DNA of 64,000 nucleotides from Octopus sinensis (taxonomy: Eukaryota), in contig NC_043015.1 of assembly GCF_006345805.1 (NCBI RefSeq), positions 38,626,001-38,690,000 of the forward strand, written 5' to 3'. Position 1 is the stretch's first letter; each line of letters starts with the position of its first letter. Of the stretch, positions 12,356 to 43,000 are shown in pieces. The notes beneath the pieces are model-generated. The model was not told the origin of the DNA and did not search any database. It saw only the letters and a program-made list of their open reading frames with translations. A program made the position numbers and the translations under genes.

Positions 12356-12535
12356 CGTCGTTGTTAGGTTTTTTGCGGGGAGATATTTCAGTTACAACAA
12401 TTCCATTCGCATCGAGGATGCCTCTGTCTTTTAATCCCCAAGCTGCCAGATTCCTATCGATGTGTTCTTGGTTTTTTAGCTTTTGAAACCTCTTCAGTTC
12501 AGAGATCAAAGAAACAGAGAACCTACGTATATATA

Positions 12536-12577
<42 letters not shown>

Positions 12578-12711
12578 TATATATGTATGTATATATACGA
12601 GTTCAGCAAAATTTAGATTCAGATGAATATGGTACTTAAGTCAAAGGCACCAGAATTTGGTATGGTGTTATCCATATAAATCTACCTTGGATATCCTTGT
12701 TGCTTATTTTG

Positions 12712-12748
<37 letters not shown>

Positions 12749-13145
12749 TAGTATATAGTTTATATGTGTATAAATGTATATATATATATATGTGTGAAAT
12801 GTATAGGTGTATATGGCAAACACTCCCACACCAGTCAACAGTCCTGATTGAGGTGGTTCACAAGTACTTGGTCGTTCCTTCCGCACACCTTGTCCGTTTG
12901 GTTTAATTAATTTCGTTGTTAATTGAAGAGGTTTTGTCTGTGATATTCCCTTTTTTTATATAAAAAAAAATCCGAATTTGTTTTCTTCCGATCGATCGAT
13001 CAATATCCGTGGTTTGTATCCGTCAAGCAAGATCTATCGACCACCTCGGCGGTTCTGCTTCTTCTGCGAGTCTTCCTGCAAATCTGTTACGCAGTTCCAC
13101 ATCGAAAACGGAGAAATCGAGCTTTGGCGAAATATATAGACTCAC

Positions 13146-13233
13146 AGAGATCGGTTTCACGCCGCCGTTTCGTATGAAATTGCAGCACTTTTACAAGTTT
13201 GGAAAGTGATAGGTTTGGCAAAGTATGGAAGAC
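13146..13233 (-). other. BLCAP: probable non-coding 5'UTR exon of BLCAP
   Basis: Acceptor ttttttttcttttcgttccattcag and donor CT|gtgagt; no ATG inside. Confidence 0.55.
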
Positions 13234-13307
13234 CTGAATGGAACGAAAAGAAAAAAAAACTCTCAATCGACAAACAATTCAACAGAGAATAAATAGATAA
13301 ATAAATA

Positions 13308-13436
13308 GGATCTTTTCCGTTTGACCGGCAGATTTTAAAAATAATTTCTTTATAACTAAACACTTTTAAACTTCGTATACTGGTAGAATGTGTTTATAAA
13401 ATATCTTTTTCTCTTGGCGTTCTCGAGAAAAGATCC
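13308..13436. mobile_element. short derivative of a GGATCTTTTC-ended DNA element
   Basis: GGATCTTTTC...GAAAAGATCC ends; interior matches the reverse complement of 53800-53920. Confidence 0.7.
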
Positions 13437-14582
13437 AATAAATGGACAACAGTGAACAGGTCGCGGTCTCAAAGCGACGAAAATATTTTGAGAAACTAAA
13501 TTTAAATGTTGAAGTGAATCTAACGGTTTTCGTGTGTTTCTTAAATGGCTTACAAACACCTTCCACGCTGCAATTGTTTTCGTTCCAGCACACGATCTCA
13601 GATCAGGTCACTTGCTATGCAAGTACATCTCCGTAATAAATAAATAAATAAATAAAAGAACAAAGAAACATAAAGTAAAAAGAATGAAGGAAAATGAACA
13701 AATAAGAAATGAATAAAGAAAGAAAGAAAATTGAAACAACGAATTAAAAAATTCGAATAGTAAAGGAGAAAATATACCTACTCCGTTTTACTTTTTTTTA
13801 TTCTGTTGTGTCTGCGGAGAGTCATTTTCTTTTTCGTGCCTTATAATGTTACACACTCACCGGTAAAATTTCCAGTTTTTTCTTAAAATTTTCGTTGCGT
13901 CTCTGTTAGTTTAGTCAAAAATAATCTCCAATTGAAGTGTTTGTGTCATCGATGGGGTGCGGAGTTATCTATCAATTTTCTGTTATCGTAGACACGTATA
14001 TACATTCATTTGTAAGGTAGTGTTAAAAAGCAAAATTAGAAAGAGAATATGTGAAGGAAAACGATATTCATCAATGATTAATATGATTTCCATTTTCCTG
14101 TTAACTACAGGAGACAACAGTGGGCAGGTTTTCTGTAGCAACAGCAAACGCTCGAATCCACTGACGAGGCCAGAATAATAGAAACATGTACAGAATTATC
14201 TCGCATATTTTACGGGGGGAAAATGAAAATATTATTAGTAAATTACCGGTAGTTTTTTTTTCTTTCTTTTTTCTCGCTAGTGCAGGGTATTGAAGTGGAT
14301 TGCATTCCTGCCATTTATTCCGTATTTGGAATTCTGTTTCATAAAACTATTTGTGTGTAGCATTTCAGAATTTTGCTCGAAAATCTCACAGGGGCAATGA
14401 AAGATCCAAATTGATAATGGATCACCATAGAAAGGGAAGTGATGTCCAACGCCTTTAAATAATTGTTGTGAGTGTATAAATGTAAACACTAGAAATAATC
14501 AAACCCGCCTTCCTATTACACACGCACACACATATAAGGGAACAAACGAAAGAAAGTAGCACTCAATACATTTCCTAAGAGT

Positions 14583-14642
<60 letters not shown>

Positions 14643-15447
14643 GTAACTCTTAGGAAATGTATTGAGTGCTACTTTATATATATAAACGTATTGTATGATG
14701 AATGAACGAAAATGAATTATGAAAGTGGTGTTACCTGCCCCATCAGGTAACACCACTTGATTTCCTTAACCTGTTTTTCATTATGTCTAAATTAAAGTTC
14801 TTTTTTAAATTTTTGGCCTGCATATCACATGGAATGAGAAGGACTAGTATATGTCAGTTCAAGAATTGTTGGACTAATATATAATTCTGTACTACAAGAT
14901 AATTTTTGTCAGTGACCAGGTCGCAGATCGCGCGACGAAAATTTTGACACCATATAACAAAAAAAAAAAGAAGTTAACTGTCTTTGTGTGTTTCCGAATG
15001 ATTAATATGTGTCTCCCACGTTGTAATTGTTTTAGTTTCAACACACAGTCCCGGATTAAAGCACTCGCCACGCAAGTACACCTCCGAAATAAGATTCCAG
15101 TAATTCCACTATTGATTCTGATATCAGTTGGCCATCCATACTTTAAAGCAATCTCTTCTCTTATGAACGTTCGAACAGTTGTCAGTGAAATTGCAACAAC
15201 ACAATAACACGTAAAGATATGACAATAAATATGTAGACTACAATAAATTAACTGTTTTACTTTCTGACAATAATCTTATTATTTAATTTATTCAAATATA
15301 TCTTAGTTATTTTTAATTTTTTTCTTCCTATTTTTTTAAATTTCTTTATTCGAAACTAAAGCTAGACGTTTTTTGTGTGGAGTTTAAGTGAAGTCCAGTG
15401 TTCGTCGTTCGACTCCGACCCGTCTCTTCGATCTGTCAGATGCGAAT

Positions 15448-33772
<18,325 letters not shown>

Positions 33773-33970
33773 TGTGGAGAAAGGAAATGAAAGAACGAGA
33801 TGATGAACCTTGCTGTTGTCAGTTCAATCCCTCATTCCTCAGTAAGAACATTCAGGGACAATGATATGTGACATCTTGTGTGATTTGTGGAGGGCTTTTA
33901 CAGAAAGAAAGACGAGGAAACGGGCATTTGCTTGCCTTTGCAATATATGTAAATATTATTTTAAATATTT

Positions 33971-33976
33971 AATAAA
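33971..33976 (+). terminator. candidate ELP3 polyadenylation signal
   Basis: AATAAA about 200 nt after the stop, followed by U/GU-rich sequence. Confidence 0.5.
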
Positions 33977-34074
33977 AATTGGAAAATCAATTCTTGTGCT
34001 TTGAGAAGTGGGTACTTCAAAGATTTTCTTTGAAATAGTTTTTTTTTTTTGTTTGGTAAATATTGTGTGTGTGT

Positions 34075-34340
34075 GTATATATATATATATATAAAATCCG
34101 TTCTGTCTGTCTGTGTGTATGTCTTCTAGGATCTCGGGCATCCTCCATCCGATTGCGCTGAAATTTGATATGTAGATACCAACGGTATCAGGGCGTGTAT
34201 AAGTCTTGAAAAAATTGCAAAAATTGCTTCCAGGTGAGAAATGCGATCGATAAAGCCATGGGAACGTGCATTTGTATGTGCAAGTACATCAGCTGTTGCG
34301 ATCGATACTATGTGTACGCGAGAAAAATGCAGTGTCTCAA
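34075..34340 (+). mobile_element. Helitron-like non-autonomous fragment
   Basis: TATATATAAAATCCGTTCTGTCTGTCTG...CCGATTGCGCTGAAATTTG, the typical start of non-autonomous Helitron-like elements; CpG-rich. Confidence 0.45.
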
Positions 34341-34461
34341 ATTTAGGTTAAATCAGTGTTTCTCAAAGGGAGGCCTATGGGACGGTCAGACAAGTTGCTT
34401 TGAGAAAATTTGGTTTAAATGTTTGACAACTCAGCACCGTCCATTGGCCGTGTTTTGCTCG

Positions 34462-34497
<36 letters not shown>

Positions 34498-35553
34498 GAA
34501 GTGAGCACATACGTGCAAAACAAGGTGGAAAAATAGTACTCATATACTAAGGGTGGAGAGATATGCTTTTATTAAAGCTGCAAAACTTTATGACAACAGT
34601 CCATGAAAGTTTGGTTGTCATTTAGAAGGACATCCAGCTGTAAAAACCATGCCAAAACAGACAGCAACCTCAACGAATTCCATCTGACCCATGGACATTA
34701 AAATGATGGTGATTTATGAGACAGAAACCTTTAATGTGACAAATGAAGAAGTACCAACTTAATCTTTGAAACTTCAAAAATCCAAGACCGAAATAAGAAA
34801 CACCAACACAATGTCTTTGTAATACAGAGACTTTACTTCACCATAATCATTTTTTTTTTTATTCTTTTCCTTTCTTGTCTCATATTTTTCTTTTTCTTTT
34901 TATTACAAGAAACATTGTTTAGTTTGGTATTTCATCAACAATGGTTTCAATTCCAGCATGGTTATAGAATTTGGTAAAGAAAATAAATAAAAATTCTTTT
35001 CTTTCTTTTTTTTTGTTTTTGATCAAAGAAATCATAAAAAGATCAAAGTTGAGGAAAAAAGAGAAGGAAAAACGATCGAAAAAGAACTAATTGTACTTTT
35101 ATGATTTGTGAATATCACAGGCTCTTATTGTATTGTTTTGGGGGTTTGAGAGTATTTTTCCTTTGTGGCTTTTTGGCTTTTTTTTTAATACTTGTTTATC
35201 ATTATTATTATTATCACTATTAAATATGAGTTGTACTTATTGGTCTTTAGAAGATACACACATGTACATTGACACATATAGACACACACACACACATGCA
35301 TGCATCCGTGGACATAGATATTCCTACAAACAAACAAAATAAACATTGCTAGCATAAGTGATGTGACATGCTCAAGGCAGACATCTTTTCTGGTTGTGCA
35401 GACATGCAGACATGTGAGAATTCCACATTTAATGTGTGGAAATGTATATATATATATATATATATATTGTGTGTGTGTATATATATATAATATAATATTT
35501 TATTATTCTTTATTATATATATAATAATATAATTATTATATATATATAATAAA

Positions 35554-35584
<31 letters not shown>

Positions 35585-36200
35585 ACAACACACACACATA
35601 TACATATATATAATGTTTGTTTTTATATTTAGTTATAATCCTTTCTACTAAAGGCACAAGGCCTGAAATTCTGGGGAAGGAGACTGGTCATTTACATTGA
35701 CCCCAGTGTATCACTGGTACTTAATTTATCAACCCTGAAAGGATTAAAGGCAAAGTTGACCTCGGCAGAGTTTGAACTCAGAACAACAGCAGCAGACAAA
35801 ATACCACTAGGTATTCCACCCAGTGTGCTAATGGTTCTGCCAGTTTGCTGCTTCGTTCTGTTACAATAAAAACAATTTTATATTAATCTGATGGGTTACT
35901 CTATACTACATACATATTTATTATTCTTTTACAAGAATGTTGTTGGCCACAACTTCAAAGTCACTGTCAACGACATTCTTGTATAAGAATTTACACACAC
36001 ACAGAGGTACAACATGACATTCTGAGTACTGATGGTCCATAACTTCTAGTCTGCACTAATTTACACTAACCTGTACAGTTACCTGTATTTCATTTTCAGA
36101 TTTGTTTAATATATTGCTATTATTCTGAGCCCTGGCTCAGAAAAATCAGTAATCTAGAAAGGGTTTGCAACCAAAAGTTCCAGAAAACTGATGTTGTACC

Positions 36201-36234
<34 letters not shown>

Positions 36235-36256
36235 GATAGATAGATAGATAGATATA

Positions 36257-36443
36257 AAGGCTACCATTGGTTTCATGTTCAGAAGAAATATCTTAATATC
36301 TTACCAGTTTTTCAAGCCAGTCACATGGTGGAATGGTGTTCATCTCCATTTTGGATAAAAACACCATTCCTCCATGCGATTGGCTTTCAAAATTGCTAAG
36401 ATATTAAAATATATTTTCTTAGCATGAAACCAATGGTAGCCTT
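36257..36443. mobile_element. fold-back MITE
   Basis: AAGGCTACCATTGGTTTCATG / CATGAAACCAATGGTAGCCTT with imperfect pairing through to the centre. Confidence 0.8.
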
Positions 36444-37070
36444 AATACACAAATAAAGAAATTCTATCCACCAATGCAGTGTTGAACTCATTCTCATCAT
36501 TCAACATTTACATATGTATGTATGTATATGTATGTATATATATATATATTATATATATATATATATATATGTGTGTGTATGTGTATATATATATATATAT
36601 AATGAAATTGAATTTAGTCAAACAAAACCAAGCTATGTTTTCCCAAATGCTGCATCTGTTTCTTCTGTCAGTGCAGCCAACATTTGTGGAAACTTGTTGC
36701 TTCAGTGAGATTGGTTTCAGTTGACCGAATTAAATTATCTATACTCTATTTTCAGTATTGAGTACTTTTTTCTTTCATTTGTTAGTTAACACAAACACAT
36801 ATCTACATATACACCCACACACACACACAATGTACGTACAAATGTATACATATACATAGTAAAGTGCACCATTAAACAACTTTGATGTCTATTTGTTTTC
36901 TAAAAGCTGGATTGCTTCCTTTGTGTGTATATATAAAAAAATACTTACATACATGCACACATATATGGATATATTATACACATATGCATGTCTGTATGTA
37001 CATAAATACATGTATTTAAGGAATAGAGAGACAGAGAGAGAGAGAGAGAAAGAAAGAAAGTGATATCAAA

Positions 37071-37154
37071 TCACATCACAACATTCTCTAAACCAATTCC
37101 TTCACACTCGATGATTGTCTGGGTCTGAGAAAGGTTTACCACATCAAACTTGGC
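37071..37154 (-). CDS. RTCA: RTCA exon 11 (terminal)
   Basis: [27 protein letters not shown]-stop. Confidence 0.94.
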   Translation of the reverse strand, partial: AKFDVVNLSQTQTIIECEGIGLENVVM

Positions 37155-40037
37155 CTGCAATAATAAAAAAAAGAAAGAAAACATTAAGAAAAAAAAAAGC
37201 ATACATCATTTGAATACCTTTTAGTGTTACTAGCAGTATCGCCGGGCGTTGCTCAGGTTTGTTTCGACTCTTTAGTATTGGAATTTTTGAAAAGTAAAAA
37301 TTTTGCATTATGTAGCTTGTTATTCTCTTTAAGTGAACATTTTTCTGGTTGAAATACACCGAAAAATGGCGACACAGCAGTCAAAAAATCATTAAAAAAA
37401 AGGGATTTTCATAGAAAAAAAGCACCTTTTTGATGTAAATAATTTTTGGTGTTAACATGGTCCGATTTTAATTTTTTCTTCTACGGAATGAAGAGCAAGC
37501 CTTCTTCTAACATACTCTCAATTTTGGTCAACTTGTGCTGCAGGGTCTCGGAGGAGATAGTGTTAGTTGAAGGCTACCAAACCTGCCATACACAGGCAAC
37601 TTCAGCTTTATATAGAGAGAGGTTTTGTGTAGTGTCTTTCGATGTGGTCTGCATGGTTACTACAGCATGGTAGAGTCACAACTGGCTTTGCAATGACATC
37701 CAGAATAACAGAAGGACAACCAGGTCTTCAGTGGTGCCCACATAATGACATCCAAGCCTTAAGTGATGGCCATGTAGTTCACGATTCTGTATTCATAACC
37801 TATACAAGTAACTATCAACAGTCCTGTCTATCTAGCTGTATGTAGGTTCCACAGGATGGCAAAATTCACTGTACTGTGTCCTTGACCAAAACTATTTTCA
37901 ACAGTCCAGCCCTTCCAGTTATAGGTAGGTACCACAGTGTGACAGTGTACAGTGGCATTGATAGTGTAAGTAGGTACCACACTAGTGTGTCTGTACCCTA
38001 TACACCTAGGTACCATACAATTTTAAACAGCAGTAATACTACAGGACTGCTGAATGCTTAAATGTTTTGCAGTCTAGAGATCAAATGGTGTAAAACCTAT
38101 CTACTATAGACAGCCGTTTAACATTCAAACAGAAGATTTCTAATTCAGACAAGGCTAAAGAAGCTGAGACAAGCATTTGTTTGTTTCTGTGGTTGTTGGT
38201 AATTTAGACAAAAGCGTTAAAGTTAGCTTCTCTTTTAACATACCTGAGTAAGTTGTTTAGCAACATGAATGGCTGTTTCAGTATGGAGAGTGAGGGGGCC
38301 ACATCGAATGCTGGATTTACCTTTAGCCAAAGCCATCAGAATGATTAACTGCAAAAAAGAGAACCATTAAATTAACGTTGAAGTTTTTTTTAGGAACAAA
38401 ATACAGAATAAAGAATTTCTATTTAAGGTAAGAAAGAAGAAAGAAAATGTAAAGAAAACAAGATGTCTATGTAATCCTTTTGATAGCAATGTGTTGGGGA
38501 TTGCCCCTAACTCTATGATACTGACTTCCAGTTTTAAGTGACCTAAATTAAAACCATCCTTTGAAATTTCATGTTAATTTATGTTCCAAACATTAATTTA
38601 ATTAATGACTAAGTTGATTTATTAAGTTCTCCGATACATTCAAAATTACTGGAAACAGGCAGGGCATTAAAAACAAAATGGTAGCTAAAGAATTTTTTTT
38701 AAATGTGTATTTAAGGTAAAAGTCTCTTTGTGTGAAAGATGAAATATAAAACTTATTTGATTGGCTAATTGAAGAATGTACCAGGATTCCAGTCAAATAA
38801 AACTACAGGGTGTTTGAATGCGTTGGAGACTTCATCAGAATGTACTGCGATTCAACTAATTGTAGCATTGTGAAACAATCCTTACCCATCAGAAGACAGC
38901 AGAGAGGTCCTCACTCACCAAAGTGCAGCTGAGGAGGTATTTTTCTCTCACAAGGGCACAATCGAAGAGTCCTTATTCACCAGATCACAGCAAAGGGGAT
39001 CTTCATTCAGAAGACTGTAGCAGAGAGGTCCTCACTCACCAAAGTGCAGCTGAGGAGGTTCTTTTTCTCACATGAGCACAATGAAGGAGTCCTCACTCGC
39101 CAAAATGCAGTGGAGTCCTTACTAGAGCACAGCAGAGGGGACCCTCACTCACAAATGTAGTAAAGGAGGTTTTCTAACACAAGGACAATTAGAGGAATCC
39201 TCACTCACTAAAGTAAAGCCAATGAAACTTCACCAATCGTAAATAGCTTTTTAGGTACATTTTACATTGTTAGTGTCCATAGAGACATTAGAAAAATGGT
39301 ACCTGATCTTGTAGATAGTCATCAACACAACCACCATGGAAAATATTGTCTAAAAGACTGGACGCAGCCTGGTAACCCACATCCTCTGCAGAACGTCCTT
39401 TAAAACATAAAAGAAAAGCACATAAATATAATATATTAAGTAGGCATTTAATCTCTCGTTCTTCTCATGTCCATCATCATTACTCTTCTGCTGACAGTCA
39501 TCCCCTACTCTCCACAATTTGTTAGCTTGGCATGTATTCTCAAACACAGCATTTTGCTAATATTTCTCTGAAATTTTTTTTCTTCCAAGTCTATTTTTTT
39601 AATTATCTTTTTCACTCTTTGCTAGTTTCCTTTCTCACTTTATAGTAGTTTTAATTGCTAAACTTCGTTTACATTAATTATATTATTTCAAACAACAAAT
39701 GCTTTAAGGCCATTTTCTCTGCGGAATCAAATATCTCCTGTTGTAACTTTGAGTTGACCGATGCACTTCAGTGAAAAGTGTGATTAATGGAACTGTGTAG
39801 AAGGAAGCCTAGGATATATATATATATTTAACATCGTCATCATTTTACAGTTATTTTTCATACTGGCATGGGTTGGGCAAGTCTCACAACTCTCACCACT
39901 CATCACACTCCATAGCTACCCAACACAAACATATAAAGCAACAGCAATTTGTGGTTTTAGCATGATTCTTATGTCTGGGTTGCCTGTCCCATCACCAACT
40001 ACATTATAACATAAAAACTGGGTGCTATATAAATTTA

Positions 40038-40071
<34 letters not shown>

Positions 40072-43000
40072 CATATACATATATATATATATAATAGTTA
40101 AAGGGGACAACAAACGTTAAGGCAAAGCAAACATCTCAAGTCATTTACATTATTATTATAATTGGAAAAGAATTCAAAGTCTTACAGCTGTTTCTGGGAT
40201 TTATATATCCGCTATGTCAGAAATCTGCAATGGCTCCATAACAACTGTCTCAGCTATAACCTTGGAGCCCTAGTAATCCGTTACACCACTTACCTAGAGT
40301 ACTTAATCTATTTCTTTACTACCCACAAAGGGGCTAAACACAGAGGGGACAAACAAACGGATTATGTCAATTACATCGACCCCAGTGCGTAACTGGTACT
40401 TAATTTATCGACCCCGAAAGGATGAAAGGCAAAGTCGACCTCGGCGGAATTTGAACTCAGAACGTAACGGCAGACGAAATACGGCTACGCATTTCGCCCA
40501 GCGTGCTAACATTTCAGCCAATTCGCCGCCTTTACCTAGAGTACTTAATCGTTTAGATCACCTGTGAACTAAACCCCCATACTTTGTATATATATATATA
40601 TAATGCCACCAACTCAAGAGAGTTTGTCTGATGGAACTAAAGAGAACCCTCGGCATTGATTCAGTTACTGTCCTCCAAGTGCCAACTCCTTTTATTGGTT
40701 TCAGCCGAGACTACCAAGAATAAAACAACAAAGGAAAAAAAAAAGAAAATACAAAAATAAGAAAACAAACCTCTTTTGCCAAGTCCTGAGCCAGCTAAAA
40801 GACATCCAGTTGTAGTTTCAGCCACCAAACTATAAACAGAAATAGTAGTAGTAATAATGATGATGATGATGATGATGATAATAATAATAGTAATGGTTTC
40901 CAATTTTGCCACAAGGGCAGCAATTTGGGGGTAAGGGATGAGTCGATTACATTGACCCCCAAGGTGCCATGCAGTGGGACTGAACCTGGAACCATGTGAT
41001 TGGTAAGCAAGCTACTTACCACACAGCCACACCTGCACCTATTAATTTATTTATTTCAAAATTTTTTGTATCTCACCCTTATGATAGAATTTAGGTGGAT
41101 TTACTCTTGGATCTGAGAACTTTCCAATGGTCTTTGCTGTTCCTCACAGACAGGCCAGTTGCACGGACCCTATGTGCCTCTGCAGCCCAATCCTTTGTGT
41201 CCACTCCTTCAGCCTCTTCCCTATTGTCCCTAAGGCTCCTACGACAACTGATATGATCTTACTTTTCCTGCAACCTCACAAACTGCTTAGCTTTTTCTTC
41301 AGGTCCTATTATTGTTATTGTTATTATTATTATTATTTGAGGATGTATGTCCTAGTAGTTAGGGTATTGCACACATGATCAAGAGATCGTAGTTTCAATT
41401 CCTAGACCAGGTGGTGCATTGTTTTCTTGAGCAAACCATCTCACACTGCTCTTCAACCATTTCAACACTGTGCACCTGTACAAGCAATGTCAATTTGATA
41501 GCACCAACCACTCCAAGAGTGTAGTGGGTGCTTTTTATATACCACCGGCACATATATGTGTGTGTGTGTATATATGCTTGTGTGTCTGTGTTTGTCCCCC
41601 CATCATTGCTTGACAATCGATGTTGCTGTGTTTACATCCCCGTAACTTAGTGGTTCGGCAAAAGAGACCAATAGAATAAGGACTAGGCTGACAAAGAATA
41701 AGTCCTAGGGTTGATTAACTCGACTGAAGGTGGTGCTCCAGCATGGCCGCAGTCAAATGACTAAAACAAAAGAACAAATCATTGATGATGATGATGATGG
41801 TGAATGGCCAGGGTGATAGCAGTGATGGTACTTAATGATGAGAGTGATGGTGGGCTTTGTTGATGGTGGTGGTGATGATGGTGATGATGACAGTTCACAT
41901 ATTTACACAACACTCCAACACTAACATACATGATTCCAGAAGCTGTGTTTGGGTTCGGTTCCTTCACAACATCCATTTTGATGGGTATATTGTTCATCTT
42001 CTGCTTCAGGGTGGCCTTTGCTGTGTCAGCCATTAGCCTTGCAACCTGTATCAAAAAAAATAAAGAGAATAAAGTAACCATTCATTTAAGAAGAGAGAAA
42101 CTAGAAGGGAGTGTGTGATGTTCATGCCTATTCTAATGGCATTAGTGGTTGGTACACCAGGACTAGTTGCAAATGGATCTTGAATTTAGCCACACACTGT
42201 TAATGTGTGTGTGTGCAGATATATATCTATATATGTATACACACATATACAAGGAGGTTCTGAAAAGTTCCTGGCTTTGAGCAAAAGAAAATACAGGAGG
42301 ATCGATTAATTATGATTCTATTAAATCTATTTCCTTCTTAGGTTCACACACTTGTTGCAGCAGTCCTCCAGATTTTTCAAAGCCCTGTAAAAGAACTTGG
42401 AAGGTCGGGCCTTCAACCAAGCCTTTCAAAACACCCCTAAAGACAGGAGCTTTTCAGGCCCCCTCGTGGGAATAAATTGTCATCTAAATTATGCAAAAAT
42501 GGAAATAACACTGACATTTCATTTTAACAGATATATTTAACAAAATTACATAAAAATATCTTCAAATACTAAAGAGTAAATTTATTAAATAAAATCGCCA
42601 CTGGCTTCAGCCACAACTTCCAGACGACTTTGGGATCTTCTGGATGGTCTCCTTGTTGGTCAATACAGCCATAATCCTTGCCCTCAGTTCGTCTTTAGTG
42701 TTACAAGTCTTGTTGGTGTCTTGCTCAACTGCGCTCCACGCATAATAATCAATGAGATTGCAGTCTGGGGAGTTAGGTGGCCAGATGTTAGGGGTGATTT
42801 GTCACACAGAAGAAACGTGTGTGTGTGTGTACATATATAGATATATAAACATACACACATAGAGCGAGAGAGAAAGGACAATCACATTGCATCCATTTAT
42901 TTCAACAGAAAGTTGTATTAAGTGTGATCACACTAGATGTGTGTGTGTGTGTGTATTTGCATGTATTTAAGCAAGTATGTGTGATACCTTTTCGAAACAC

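Noticed and set aside
12690-12706. Possible editing-complementary sequence for BLCAP (TGTTGCTTAT match to codons 10-13)
   Set aside because: Only about 10 exact nt in AT-rich DNA and does not cover the Y2/Q5 sites; likely chance.
37640-38040. ORFs 37642-37845, 37828-38016 and 37876-38061 as an extra RTCA exon
   Set aside because: RTCA is complete and in frame without them; no suitable splice sites or homology.
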